DNA from: a virus
Taxonomy: Duplodnaviria; Caudoviricetes
Virus record (IMG/VR): IMGVR_UViG_3300031237_000006
Span: 1-52,690 of that record
Length of the DNA stretch: 52,690 bases
Direction: 5' to 3' (one strand)
Shown here: piece after piece, positions 9,036-17,426 of the stretch
Position numbering within the stretch: the first letter of the stretch is position 1
How the letters are laid out: the number at the start of each line of letters is the position of its first letter
Program-made: the position numbers and the translations under genes
Notes under the pieces: generated by a model
Told to the model about the DNA's origin: nothing
Databases searched by the model: none
What the model saw: the letters and a program-made list of their open reading frames with translations, nothing else

Positions 9036-9206
9036 CCCCGGAGGAACGTGAATGGTATCCCGTTCTCCGCTATCTCGGGCCGGTGATCGAGTGGGGTATA
9101 CGCTGCTCGTGGTGGCTGCTTTGGTCATGGCGTGGACAGGATGGATGCTGTACCGCGTGTATGAGCGGCAGGGGATGATTCTTTACGTGCTTAACGGGGG
9201 GTGTCT

Positions 9207-9590
9207 ATGAGATATACGATTGCTGATTTTCAAGCATGTATCGAGAAGGTGAATCTTCCTTCTCCTATCAAAACTGTCTGGAAAGCGTGGGGACGTGGGC
9301 CTGGAGGGGCTAGGGGGCTTGGTTCGTGGGAAGGTGGATTTCTCTGTACGCTCCAGGATGGAAGCGATGTTTATATCGTCGGGAGCTGTGACTACACCGG
9401 CTGGGGCTGACAGGATGAAGCACAGATTATCCCCGTGCGGGATCGTTATAAATTCAAGTGTTCACGCAGTAAGGACTCACATTACGATAGTTATGATGAA
9501 GACTTTAAAAGTCATGTAGAGGACGAAGAGATCGACAGCGAGCCGATTGATCTCAATAACTGGATCAAATGGGGATGCCCAGAACCATGA
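9207..9590 (+). CDS. Putative selenoprotein (127 aa; in-frame TGA at 9408-9410 read as Sec)
   Basis: Frame stays open for 59 codons past the TGA to a stop that overlaps the next ATG; CDYTGWG*QD; hairpin downstream. Confidence 0.7.
9411..9447 (+). promoter_or_regulatory. Candidate bacterial SECIS element
   Basis: AUCCC-CGUGC-GGGAU hairpin (9429-9443); loop begins 23 nt after the UGA, with G at loop position 2. Confidence 0.5.
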
Positions 9591-9706
9591 TCCTCGGCAC
9601 CCTCCGGGTCTGCCCACGGTGTCAGCGGCATGTCTATCCGTATCCGACGTGGCGGCCTACGTGGTGGGCATGTCCGCGCTGCGAAGCGGTCTGGGAGGAT
9701 CTGTGA
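9587..9706 (+). CDS. Small zinc-ribbon protein (39 aa)
   Basis: MILGTLRVCPRCQRHVYPYPTWRPTWWACPRCEAVWEDL; two CPRC motifs. Confidence 0.6.
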   Translation: MILGTLRVCPRCQRHVYPYPTWRPTWWACPRCEAVWEDL

Positions 9707-9811
9707 TGATTCTCTCCAATATCGCCATCTGGTGTTTCGTGCATTTCTTCGCCCGGCATGAGGTACGTGGCGTGACGATCATTGAGTCGATTCGGATGAC
9801 ATGGTGCTGAC

Positions 9812-10057
9812 ATGACCACCTCCCGTGATAGATTCTTGGCTCAGCTTGAACGATGCGTCCGGTATCAGAATGAGAATATCACGCTCCCTGATCCTCCACG
9901 CTCTAGTGAGTCAGTGCATGACACGAGCGAGTTCATCCCAATGGACCCGATGGGCAACGGGCAGCCGCAGGTTGAGGTAGAACGTGATGCGGTATGGGGA
10001 TTGAGGCCGCCGGGGGACGATGGACCGTCGGTCGTGGGGGATGGAGGATGGGCATGA
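9812..10057 (+). CDS. Hypothetical protein
   Basis: ORF coupled (ATGA) to the glycosyltransferase gene. Confidence 0.5.
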   Translation: MTTSRDRFLAQLERCVRYQNENITLPDPPRSSESVHDTSEFIPMDPMGNGQPQVEVERDAVWGLRPPGDDGPSVVGDGGWA

Positions 10058-10746
10058 TCCACTTCTGCATCGTTACGCTCGGGTCGGATGATCTGGTTGC
10101 TCTCGCGCTCAGGAGTATCGAGAAGTACGTCAGCACGCCGCATTCGGTGACGACGATTCATCTTCCGCTTGACACGGATGATCCGGCAGCGCATGGCCGG
10201 GCGATTGACGAATGGCGGAGACAGACCAAAGGGCTCGTCTGGGCTAATGACATTGTCGTCGTGATGGACCCGGACGTGGCGATCTTGAGCGGGTGGTGGG
10301 AAAAGGAATTGTTGAACGCGTTCAGCGACCTACAGGTCGGGATCTGGGGCGCCGGGTCTAAAGAAGACTTCGGCCCGCGTGTTCATGCGTCAATGATGGC
10401 GATCCGGGGGAGATTGTGGAATACGAGTAAGAAGAGTTTTATCCCAACAGATTCAACTCATCATCCCCGCGAGTGGCGTGATACTGGCGGGCTCTATTGC
10501 CAGAATGCAGTAGATAACCAATGGGCACTCAAACCAGTCGAACGCCGCCCTGATGATTGGGAAGGCTACTCTTGCTGGGCCATGCCGAATACCGGAGGCT
10601 CAGTCCTCCTCTGGACCCACCTCGGCGGGGGTTCACATAGCGACGTAACCCGGATGACGTGGTATCAGCGCATCAGACGGTATCAAGCGATCAGGGAACG
10701 GGAGCGATGGAAACGGCTGGTCAGTGAGCATCTGGGATGTTCCTGA
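10054..10746 (+). CDS. Putative GT-A fold glycosyltransferase
   Basis: N-terminal beta-alpha unit (FCIVT...LALRSIEKY), DxD motif VVMDPDV, late DTG and HLGGGS. Confidence 0.7.
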   Translation: MIHFCIVTLGSDDLVALALRSIEKYVSTPHSVTTIHLPLDTDDPAAHGRAIDEWRRQTKGLVWANDIVVVMDPDVAILSGWWEKELLNAFSDLQVGIWGAGSKEDFGPRVHASMMAIRGRLWNTSKKSFIPTDSTHHPREWRDTGGLYCQNAVDNQWALKPVERRPDDWEGYSCWAMPNTGGSVLLWTHLGGGSHSDVTRMTWYQRIRRYQAIRERERWKRLVSEHLGCS

Positions 10747-11642
10747 TCCTGGCTGCCTATATCACCCTCGGCTGCTACTTGATCCGCCGTCTCCCGTGGA
10801 ATGATAGTGAACGGTCCTATCTGGACGTGGACCATATAGAGATGGCACGGCGGTATCGGGAGGAATTCGGAGAGGTCATGCCACGGCGGATGCCATTTCG
10901 GCTTCCGGGGGAATATCTGATCTACGCTTGGGTGCCGAGACACCGGCCGGCACTCGGCCGAGTTGCGGCGCTCATCGTCAGCTCATTCGGCGTCTACCTG
11001 ATGATGGCATATGCGAGCCATCTGGCAGGGCCGAGAGCGGGGCTCATAGCCGGATTGATCGTCCTGTCGAGCCCGACGCTCGTCAGCCTGCTCTGCTCAG
11101 CGAGCTACGTAGCCCCTGTGGCGACCTTGTGGGTCGGGGGCTGGTACGCGCTCGACCTAGGCTGGCCGAGCATTGCACTCGGCTGCGCGGTCCTGCTCGC
11201 CCTGCTCAGGGCCTCGGCGTGGGGGATGAGCCTGGCCCTGCTCGCGTTCTTGCCCTACGGGTATAGTCTGCCTGCTGCCTGGCTGCTCATCGCATATCTC
11301 TGGGGCTGTCAGAGAGAGGTTGTTCTAAGTCAGGGCTGGGCTAGACTGATCCGCCGGGAGCCCTGTCCGGTCTGGGGGATACCCCAGGACGGATGGCACT
11401 ACGGCTTCCGGGTACTCGTGAGGCGTTATGAAGGGCTGATTCCGTGGGTGCTGTTTGCGGTGATTATGGGGGTCTATTCTTCGCAAGGAGCGCGGATATT
11501 AGCTATCACTGCGGTTGTATTCGTAGCCACTCATCTTCCACGGGCGTTGATCCGGCCGAAGTGGACGGTCGGCTATGTACCGGAGTTCCTGCTAGTCGCA
11601 GCAGTCGGAGTAAGCGCCCTACTCGCTCACGCTACTCCCTGA
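10737..11642 (+). CDS. Polytopic membrane protein, possible GT-C glycosyltransferase
   Basis: About 8-9 TM helices; acidic loop after TM1; R.PG.Y loop; GRAGLIAG-like motif; next to the GT-A gene. Confidence 0.55.
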   Translation: MFLILAAYITLGCYLIRRLPWNDSERSYLDVDHIEMARRYREEFGEVMPRRMPFRLPGEYLIYAWVPRHRPALGRVAALIVSSFGVYLMMAYASHLAGPRAGLIAGLIVLSSPTLVSLLCSASYVAPVATLWVGGWYALDLGWPSIALGCAVLLALLRASAWGMSLALLAFLPYGYSLPAAWLLIAYLWGCQREVVLSQGWARLIRREPCPVWGIPQDGWHYGFRVLVRRYEGLIPWVLFAVIMGVYSSQGARILAITAVVFVATHLPRALIRPKWTVGYVPEFLLVAAVGVSALLAHATP

Positions 11643-12020
11643 GTAATACGCCCACACGTTCCCAGGCCAGTTGGCATTCAGGTTCGCCGGGTCATTCTCG
11701 ACACCGACAGGTGCCCAACGCGAGGACATGAACTTGGTGAACGCCTCAGATAGTCTGCCCTGAGCATCGACCGGCCATTCCTTGAACCGGGCGACGTAGC
11801 GGTACTGGTTATTTCTGACACTCAACGCGGCCACACGAGCCTGCGCTTCGTAGGTGTCAGCGGCTTCGCTCAATACCCCGAACTCACGTCCTGGTCTGCC
11901 ATTCTCTGCCAGGCGGATCGCCGCGAGAAACGCGGCGGGGACGCCGATGTCGGCTGCCGTCCGCAGAATGACGGCCTGTTCCTCCTCAGGCAGATTTGCT
12001 GCCTTCCCTGTCAGCTTCAT
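11619..12020 (-). CDS. Putative endolysin (lysozyme-like fold)
   Basis: FLAAIRLAENG catalytic-Glu helix; RWAPVGVENDPANLNANWPGNV motif; last gene of the late operon. Confidence 0.7.
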   Translation of the reverse strand: MKLTGKAANLPEEEQAVILRTAADIGVPAAFLAAIRLAENGRPGREFGVLSEAADTYEAQARVAALSVRNNQYRYVARFKEWPVDAQGRLSEAFTKFMSSRWAPVGVENDPANLNANWPGNVWAYYSGSSVSE

Positions 12021-12028
12021 GATATAGT
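12020..12028 (+). promoter_or_regulatory. Extended -10 promoter (TGaTATAGT) for the tRNA-like RNA
   Basis: Predicted start site near 12035, the 5' end of the acceptor-like stem. Confidence 0.55.
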
Positions 12029-12033
12029 TACCT

Positions 12034-12182
12034 TGCTCGCTGCGGCGTGGTGAGTACACGCGCGCTCTGACCATTAGTCACGGCCGGGGGATTGCTCATG
12101 GCCCTGGTGAGACAACGGGGCGTCGGGTCACCTCCGTGACGCAAGTGTTGCCCGGAGCCGGTTTGAATCCGGCCAGCGAGCA
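12034..12182 (+). ncRNA. tRNA-like structured RNA with enlarged central domain
   Basis: TGCTCGCTG/CAGCGAGCA terminal stem; D-like arm GCGTG-7nt-CACGC; T-like arm GCCGG-TTTGAAT-CCGGC. Confidence 0.65.
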
Positions 12183-12183
12183 C

Positions 12184-12411
12184 TTATTCAAACACACCAG
12201 TAGCATGATCTCGGACGTGCTCGTCTATCTTGGTTTCGATCCGGTTGACGGTCGTCATCATCGCTTCATGGTTGATGTCTATTTTCTGATCGAGATGGGC
12301 CAGATCATTTGTTCGCATCGTCTGGATCATCTTGAAGATGAACAGGAGTGCCCCGCTGAGCAGGGTGACGATTGCGATGTAGTCAGCGACGGATAACGCG
12401 GGCCAGTTCAC
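12184..12411 (-). CDS. Putative holin-like single-TM protein
   Basis: One TM helix plus charged coiled-coil tail, upstream of the endolysin. Confidence 0.55.
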   Translation of the reverse strand: MNWPALSVADYIAIVTLLSGALLFIFKMIQTMRTNDLAHLDQKIDINHEAMMTTVNRIETKIDEHVRDHATGVFE

Positions 12412-13844
12412 GGCTTGGCTCCGGGGAACATCAACGGTCCGTATTGCTGGGCCATCGGGCCTACAAGGTCTAGCCCAGCACCAATGCCCTGTGAAGCTCC
12501 AAAGTTCAGCCCAGTTTGCTGACCGGGGCTGATCGCCAAGGGGTTGCCTACGAATCCAGGGCTCCCAAGCTGGAAACGGGCATACGCGGCTCCGGGAAGC
12601 GGAAGCACGCCGGCAAGGGCGGCAGCTTTTCCAGTAGGAGACATTACGTCTTTGCGGCCCATCGTCTCAGGAGAGAGCCGGAGGGCCTTTGCGAGCGACC
12701 AGTAGCCTTCCTCGCCCATCCGGTTCACCCAGTCCTTGCGATTCTTAGCAAGGGCGCCCTGAAGGGCGTCCTGATTGAACGCGGTTCGTGTATGGACCTT
12801 CTTTCCGAAGGCTTTGGGAAGGAGCCCTGACTTCTCTCCGATCAAAGCCATCCCCGCCTCGTAGGCCCCTCTGGAATCATTGAACGTCGTAACAGCCTCT
12901 GGGTGGATCAGGCTCAACTGGCTCTGGAACGCTCTAAGTGACTCCGCATAGAGTTGCTTGGCTTGTGCTCCGGTGATGTTCTCACCGAGAACTTTGTATT
13001 CCTTATGTGGGTGCATCCGCTTGACGGCAGACCCAAAAGCCGTGAGCTGATCTCGCGCTTCCTGCCATTGACCATGTTGTCCAGGTCTATCAGCCCCAAG
13101 CAGCGGGAACTGAATCTTCGTCCCTTGCTGTGCTTTCTGCTCGATCAGACTCCCGATCTTAGCGTCAGCCTGATCCATGAAAGCCCCGAGCTTGGCTTCC
13201 CCGACACTGACAGATCGCCCGGTTTTGGGGTTTTTGACATATCCGTTGACCAGGTTCTCAATGCCTTCAGGCGTCGGAGGTACATCGTTGAACACGCCCT
13301 TGAGCTTAGGATTCTGTTTGAACGCCTGGACCACCTCAGCAGCCCCGATTTTGTCCATCTTGGCTGCTGCCCGATCCATCCCGACCTTGCGGAGAAAGTT
13401 GACCCCAGCGCCGATAGCCTCTCCAGTCAGCCCGGCAGCAGCACCTTGACCAGCGCCCTTAGCTGCCGTCCCGAGACTGAGTTCCCCTTCACCTGCAAGC
13501 GCCCCGGCTGCCCCACCGAGGGCAGCAGCGCCAACCCGAGTTGCTCCACGGGCGATGGGAGAGGCCATTTTTGAGGCGACAGGGCCAGCGCCAAGGGTTG
13601 CGGCAGCAATACCTAATTCCGTCGTATTCTGCGGGACGAGCATCCTGCCAGCTAGTCCGCCCATCGTCTGTCCGAACGCCGATGGCCCACCGAGGACTGT
13701 ACTGACGATCTTAGTCAACGGAGAGGCTACGTAGTCTTCATACGCTTGGCTGACGACAGGCCGACGCGGCTGTACTGTCAGCCCTGCCTGGCCGCTGATC
13801 GCATCCTCAAGTGGCACCAGTCCTGGAGGAAGAGGCTCAGCCAT
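12408..13844 (-). CDS. Putative internal virion/DNA ejection protein
   Basis: Gly/Ala zipper segments; last of three large ORFs after the tail genes (podovirus order). Confidence 0.6.
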   Translation of the reverse strand: MAEPLPPGLVPLEDAISGQAGLTVQPRRPVVSQAYEDYVASPLTKIVSTVLGGPSAFGQTMGGLAGRMLVPQNTTELGIAAATLGAGPVASKMASPIARGATRVGAAALGGAAGALAGEGELSLGTAAKGAGQGAAAGLTGEAIGAGVNFLRKVGMDRAAAKMDKIGAAEVVQAFKQNPKLKGVFNDVPPTPEGIENLVNGYVKNPKTGRSVSVGEAKLGAFMDQADAKIGSLIEQKAQQGTKIQFPLLGADRPGQHGQWQEARDQLTAFGSAVKRMHPHKEYKVLGENITGAQAKQLYAESLRAFQSQLSLIHPEAVTTFNDSRGAYEAGMALIGEKSGLLPKAFGKKVHTRTAFNQDALQGALAKNRKDWVNRMGEEGYWSLAKALRLSPETMGRKDVMSPTGKAAALAGVLPLPGAAYARFQLGSPGFVGNPLAISPGQQTGLNFGASQGIGAGLDLVGPMAQQYGPLMFPGAKP

Positions 13845-15619
13845 TACTTGACCTCCTCCCAGCCCTTCGGTACGGGATAGCCCTTCTGGAGCTTGGCGTA
13901 ACCACCCTTGCCGTCTGTGACGAGCTTCTCGCCTGGCTGGAGACCGGCACGGGTGTTCTTCCACGTATCCCGAGTCATGCGATCCAACTGGGCGAGCTTC
14001 TCCTTGAGCGCGGTCGGTGTCTTACCGGGGACTCCGGCAACCTGTGAGATGACTGCCTGCTGCGCGGCGTCAATGATGTCGCCCATCAAGGCGATCTTCA
14101 CCGCCCGAGACGTTTTGGTATCGAAAAACGACGATGTGGCTGCTGACTGCCAACGGGTCACGTCCTCGTTCGTCATCACACCAGACTCCACCATCCTGGC
14201 GAGATACGACGTCGCCGCCGCAGTAGAATCTTGGTAGGCACGTGCAATAGGATCTGATCCTGTCCGAGCGCCGACGTGCAAGCGAATTCCCTGAGCCAAT
14301 GCATCCTGCCATCGGTCAGCCGTAATGAGCTTATCCGCGATAGCGTTCATATCGCCAAACGCCGTTCTCTGCGGCTGCAACGCCATCAATGCTTTCTGCT
14401 GCTCTGGGCGGGCGAAGCGGTAGCTCCCCTTACGAAGCTCTCCGACGGTGATTCCTTGCGGAGGTTTGATGATCTGCCCACTCTGGACGAGGGCAGTCAC
14501 GTCGATATGCTGATCGCGTTCCTCGGCCGGTGCAGGCATCGTCATAGCGAGTTCAGCGGCAGCAAGCCCCTTCTTCAAGGACTCTTGAATCCGCTGATCC
14601 TGGGCCGCCTTGACCGCTCCAGCGATCTGTTCTTTCGACGCCAGGGCAGGGGTTAGCGGCTTTCCATTCGGCCCGGTATACATCGCCGCAAGAAGCTCCT
14701 GCGCGGTCTCTGTCATCTTCGGGCCTTCCAGGGCCTTCAGGGCGGCCTCGCCAGTCGATAGGCCGATATTGGCGATGTGCTTCTCATTCTCCTTGTTCGC
14801 CACATACTGATTGAATACGCGCTGTAGTGTAGGAGACTTTTCTAGCGTCTCCTTGACCTGTGGATCGGTCAGGAATTTCTGCATATCTAGCGGGTTATCT
14901 CGTGAGCCTCCAAGGCTCGCCACGACCTTTGGCAGCACATCCTGAACCATCGCCAGAGCATCAGCGTCCTTCTGTTCCCGCCACCGCTTCAAGACTTTCT
15001 CGTTATCCTCGGTAGATTTGGTCTGTCCTAGTTCAGCGAGGATACGCGGCTGATCTTTCTGCCATAGCGGATCGTTGAACATCTCGGAATACGTTCCGGC
15101 AACATCACGGGATGTCAGAGCCTGCTCGATGATGTCTGGGCGCATATTCATCCCAGCCATCTGTGACCGCTGGGTCAGGATTTGCTGAAGATACGGCTTT
15201 ATAGTCTTCTGCTGATCTGGGGCATACGTGTGAAATTTATCGAGCTGCTCGACCATCTCTTTGTATGTCTGTTGCTGAAGCTGGCGTTCCTGTGACTTGA
15301 TATTCGCTATGCCTTGGAGTTTTGGCAGCTCGTTCAACGCATAGAGATACGCATCTTCCGCTGAGGCCGTATTCTTTGCGGCCGGATTGAACCCGCTGAT
15401 CGCCTGGAGATTTCGAGTGATCATCTCCTCGACATTCGGAACATTACCGCCAATTGAAGTTAGCGGAGCACGCTGGAATCCAGGCATCGCAGAGGTGGCA
15501 GGTGGACGTGGAGGGAGAGGCGATCCCCCAATCGGGAGTCCGCCCTGCGCTCCAGGAGCTAGAATGCTCCCTTGCTGGGGAGTGAATCCTGACGCGAATT
15601 CTTCGAGCGGATCAGCCAC
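13844..15619 (-). CDS. Putative internal virion/DNA ejection protein
   Basis: 591 aa, helical, Gln/Ala-rich; synteny. Confidence 0.6.
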   Translation of the reverse strand: MADPLEEFASGFTPQQGSILAPGAQGGLPIGGSPLPPRPPATSAMPGFQRAPLTSIGGNVPNVEEMITRNLQAISGFNPAAKNTASAEDAYLYALNELPKLQGIANIKSQERQLQQQTYKEMVEQLDKFHTYAPDQQKTIKPYLQQILTQRSQMAGMNMRPDIIEQALTSRDVAGTYSEMFNDPLWQKDQPRILAELGQTKSTEDNEKVLKRWREQKDADALAMVQDVLPKVVASLGGSRDNPLDMQKFLTDPQVKETLEKSPTLQRVFNQYVANKENEKHIANIGLSTGEAALKALEGPKMTETAQELLAAMYTGPNGKPLTPALASKEQIAGAVKAAQDQRIQESLKKGLAAAELAMTMPAPAEERDQHIDVTALVQSGQIIKPPQGITVGELRKGSYRFARPEQQKALMALQPQRTAFGDMNAIADKLITADRWQDALAQGIRLHVGARTGSDPIARAYQDSTAAATSYLARMVESGVMTNEDVTRWQSAATSSFFDTKTSRAVKIALMGDIIDAAQQAVISQVAGVPGKTPTALKEKLAQLDRMTRDTWKNTRAGLQPGEKLVTDGKGGYAKLQKGYPVPKGWEEVK

Positions 15620-16429
15620 TTAGAACCCCCAGAGATTCTTGATTCCCTGACCTGACGTGCCCGGCCTGGCTCCGCCAGTGATGGGATTCGTCCCGGTCCC
15701 GTAGTACAGATCCATCCCTGCCTTCGCGCCGCCGAGGATATCCCCAGCACCGAGTGACCATGTAGGTGACTTGCTTGTACCGCCGCCGCTCGTCGTTTGT
15801 GTCATCGGAGAGCTAGCAATGCGCTGTTGGGCAAGCTGGTTCCCGAACGAGTACGACCCAGGCTGTGCCTGCGCCAACTGAAGCCGGTTGTTCGCCGCGT
15901 TCTGTTGAAGCTGCTGCCCGAAGTCGAGAACGCCACGGTACAGGTTCTGATTCTGCCCGCTCAGATCGAGCGCAGACTTGGCCTGCTGCCCGCCCATCTG
16001 GGCTTGGTAATTTGCCAACTGGCGTAGGTAGTCTCCGCCGATAGGCGAGTCACTAATTGTCATCCCGCGTCGTGCGGCTTCCTGCGATGCGGTTTGCTGC
16101 ATCTGGGCGAGCTGGGGCGCCATGATTGACTGGTAATACTGCTGGAGTGCCTGTTGCTGGGCTGGATTGATTAACTGCTGCCCGCCCATAATTCCCTGAA
16201 GATTAGTTGCAGCCTGCCCCTGGAGGCCCTGAAGCTGCCCGAACAGCGGGCTTTGCTCGTATTGCTGCTGTGCTTGCATCGCCCGCTGAAGCTCCTGAGC
16301 CTGCTGCTGGGCGACCTGCTGATTGATCGTCTGGAGCAACGATTCCTGAGACGACATCGGAGCGATGTTCCGCGTCATTGTCGTTGTCTGCGGCTTCGTC
16401 TTGCTGCCGCCACCAAATGTGACCGACAT
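15620..16429 (-). CDS. Putative DNA ejection/pilot protein (gp14/gp7-like position)
   Basis: FGGGSK N-terminus, very Gln-rich, A.RRG...S motif. Confidence 0.65.
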   Translation of the reverse strand: MSVTFGGGSKTKPQTTTMTRNIAPMSSQESLLQTINQQVAQQQAQELQRAMQAQQQYEQSPLFGQLQGLQGQAATNLQGIMGGQQLINPAQQQALQQYYQSIMAPQLAQMQQTASQEAARRGMTISDSPIGGDYLRQLANYQAQMGGQQAKSALDLSGQNQNLYRGVLDFGQQLQQNAANNRLQLAQAQPGSYSFGNQLAQQRIASSPMTQTTSGGGTSKSPTWSLGAGDILGGAKAGMDLYYGTGTNPITGGARPGTSGQGIKNLWGF

Positions 16430-16812
16430 TAAAGGCTCCTCAACCACATGGTTCCGTGACCGTTGTTGACCGCACCGAGCTTCGGCATCACCTCGTTCAC
16501 CTCACGCTTCTCTCCGACAAATGCGGCCCAAGCAGTCACCCCGAGCGAGCGGAACAGTAGTTCCAGTGACTCCCAGAGCTTGACGGCGGCTCGGCCTTTC
16601 TGGTGCTCGGGGAGTACGCCCATCTCGGTCACAATCGCGTAGGGGTGTCCGGCCATTCCGGCGATGAACCCGATCACCTGAGCCTGTCGCTCCGCGACAA
16701 GGAGAATTCCTGTCCAATGTGAGTAATCCAGACCGTCAGTCTTGATCCCGCACTGTTCAACAATGTCGGTAATCGCCGGGATATCTTCCTGCCGAGCGGG
16801 GCGGACGATCAT
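16429..16812 (-). CDS. GNAT acetyltransferase-like protein
   Basis: VRPARQEDIPAI, LVAE....VIGF, GVLPEHQKG; typical podovirus position before the ejection genes. Confidence 0.8.
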   Translation of the reverse strand: MIVRPARQEDIPAITDIVEQCGIKTDGLDYSHWTGILLVAERQAQVIGFIAGMAGHPYAIVTEMGVLPEHQKGRAAVKLWESLELLFRSLGVTAWAAFVGEKREVNEVMPKLGAVNNGHGTMWLRSL

Positions 16813-17426
16813 ACGGTCTCCACGGGCCAGCGATATGTGATGCCGTTGAGCGAGAGCGTGGCGTAATTTGTGGGAGGCGGCGGTGGAGTTGAAGCAGTAC
16901 GAGTGCGCCCTTGGATGAAATATTCATACTCAGTCGGAACTGAGTTGAGTACAGTCCCGTTACCAAAGAAACGGATAACCGCACCGATCTGGTAGCCATG
17001 CCCGGCCACGTTGGGGGTCATGCCGCCAATGCGAAGCGGGGCTGCCAACATACGCCTGGATACCGGGCTTAACGGGGCCACTCCTGGCGGGCCCATCCGA
17101 GTGATACTGTTGACTAGGACCGCCTCAGACATCTCGGCTCCGTTCTCGGCTAGAAACTTGAGCCGATAGTCGGGGACTGCAATGGCTGTTCCCGCCGTGG
17201 TGATGTCATACAGCCCGAGATAGACATCCATAGCCGTGCCTTCGATGCCACCCGGGTTGGCATAAACAATATGGGCGCATTCAGCACCTAGGATCTCGAC
17301 ATCGACATTCTCGTTAGGACCCCATACGCTGTCCTGATTGAACGGACCTGGATAGTGCCACGCCTGAGTCGTCTGGAAGTCCTGAAATGGTAGCGTGAAC
17401 GAGTCGCTGACGTAAAATGAAGCCAT
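16809..17426 (-). CDS. Hypothetical virion-associated protein
   Basis: AGGAG RBS; lies in the tail block. Confidence 0.6.
   Translation of the reverse strand: MASFYVSDSFTLPFQDFQTTQAWHYPGPFNQDSVWGPNENVDVEILGAECAHIVYANPGGIEGTAMDVYLGLYDITTAGTAIAVPDYRLKFLAENGAEMSEAVLVNSITRMGPPGVAPLSPVSRRMLAAPLRIGGMTPNVAGHGYQIGAVIRFFGNGTVLNSVPTEYEYFIQGRTRTASTPPPPPTNYATLSLNGITYRWPVETV

Noticed and set aside
9706-9828. Second possible Sec site (…MTWC-TGA) close to the selenoprotein candidate
   Set aside because: Only 5 codons follow before another stop, the next ATG is at 9812, and I see no convincing hairpin.
12034-12182. tRNA-Sec identity for the tRNA-like RNA (an 8/5 acceptor/T-stem is possible)
   Set aside because: There is no UCA anticodon loop, no G discriminator, and the central region is far too long.
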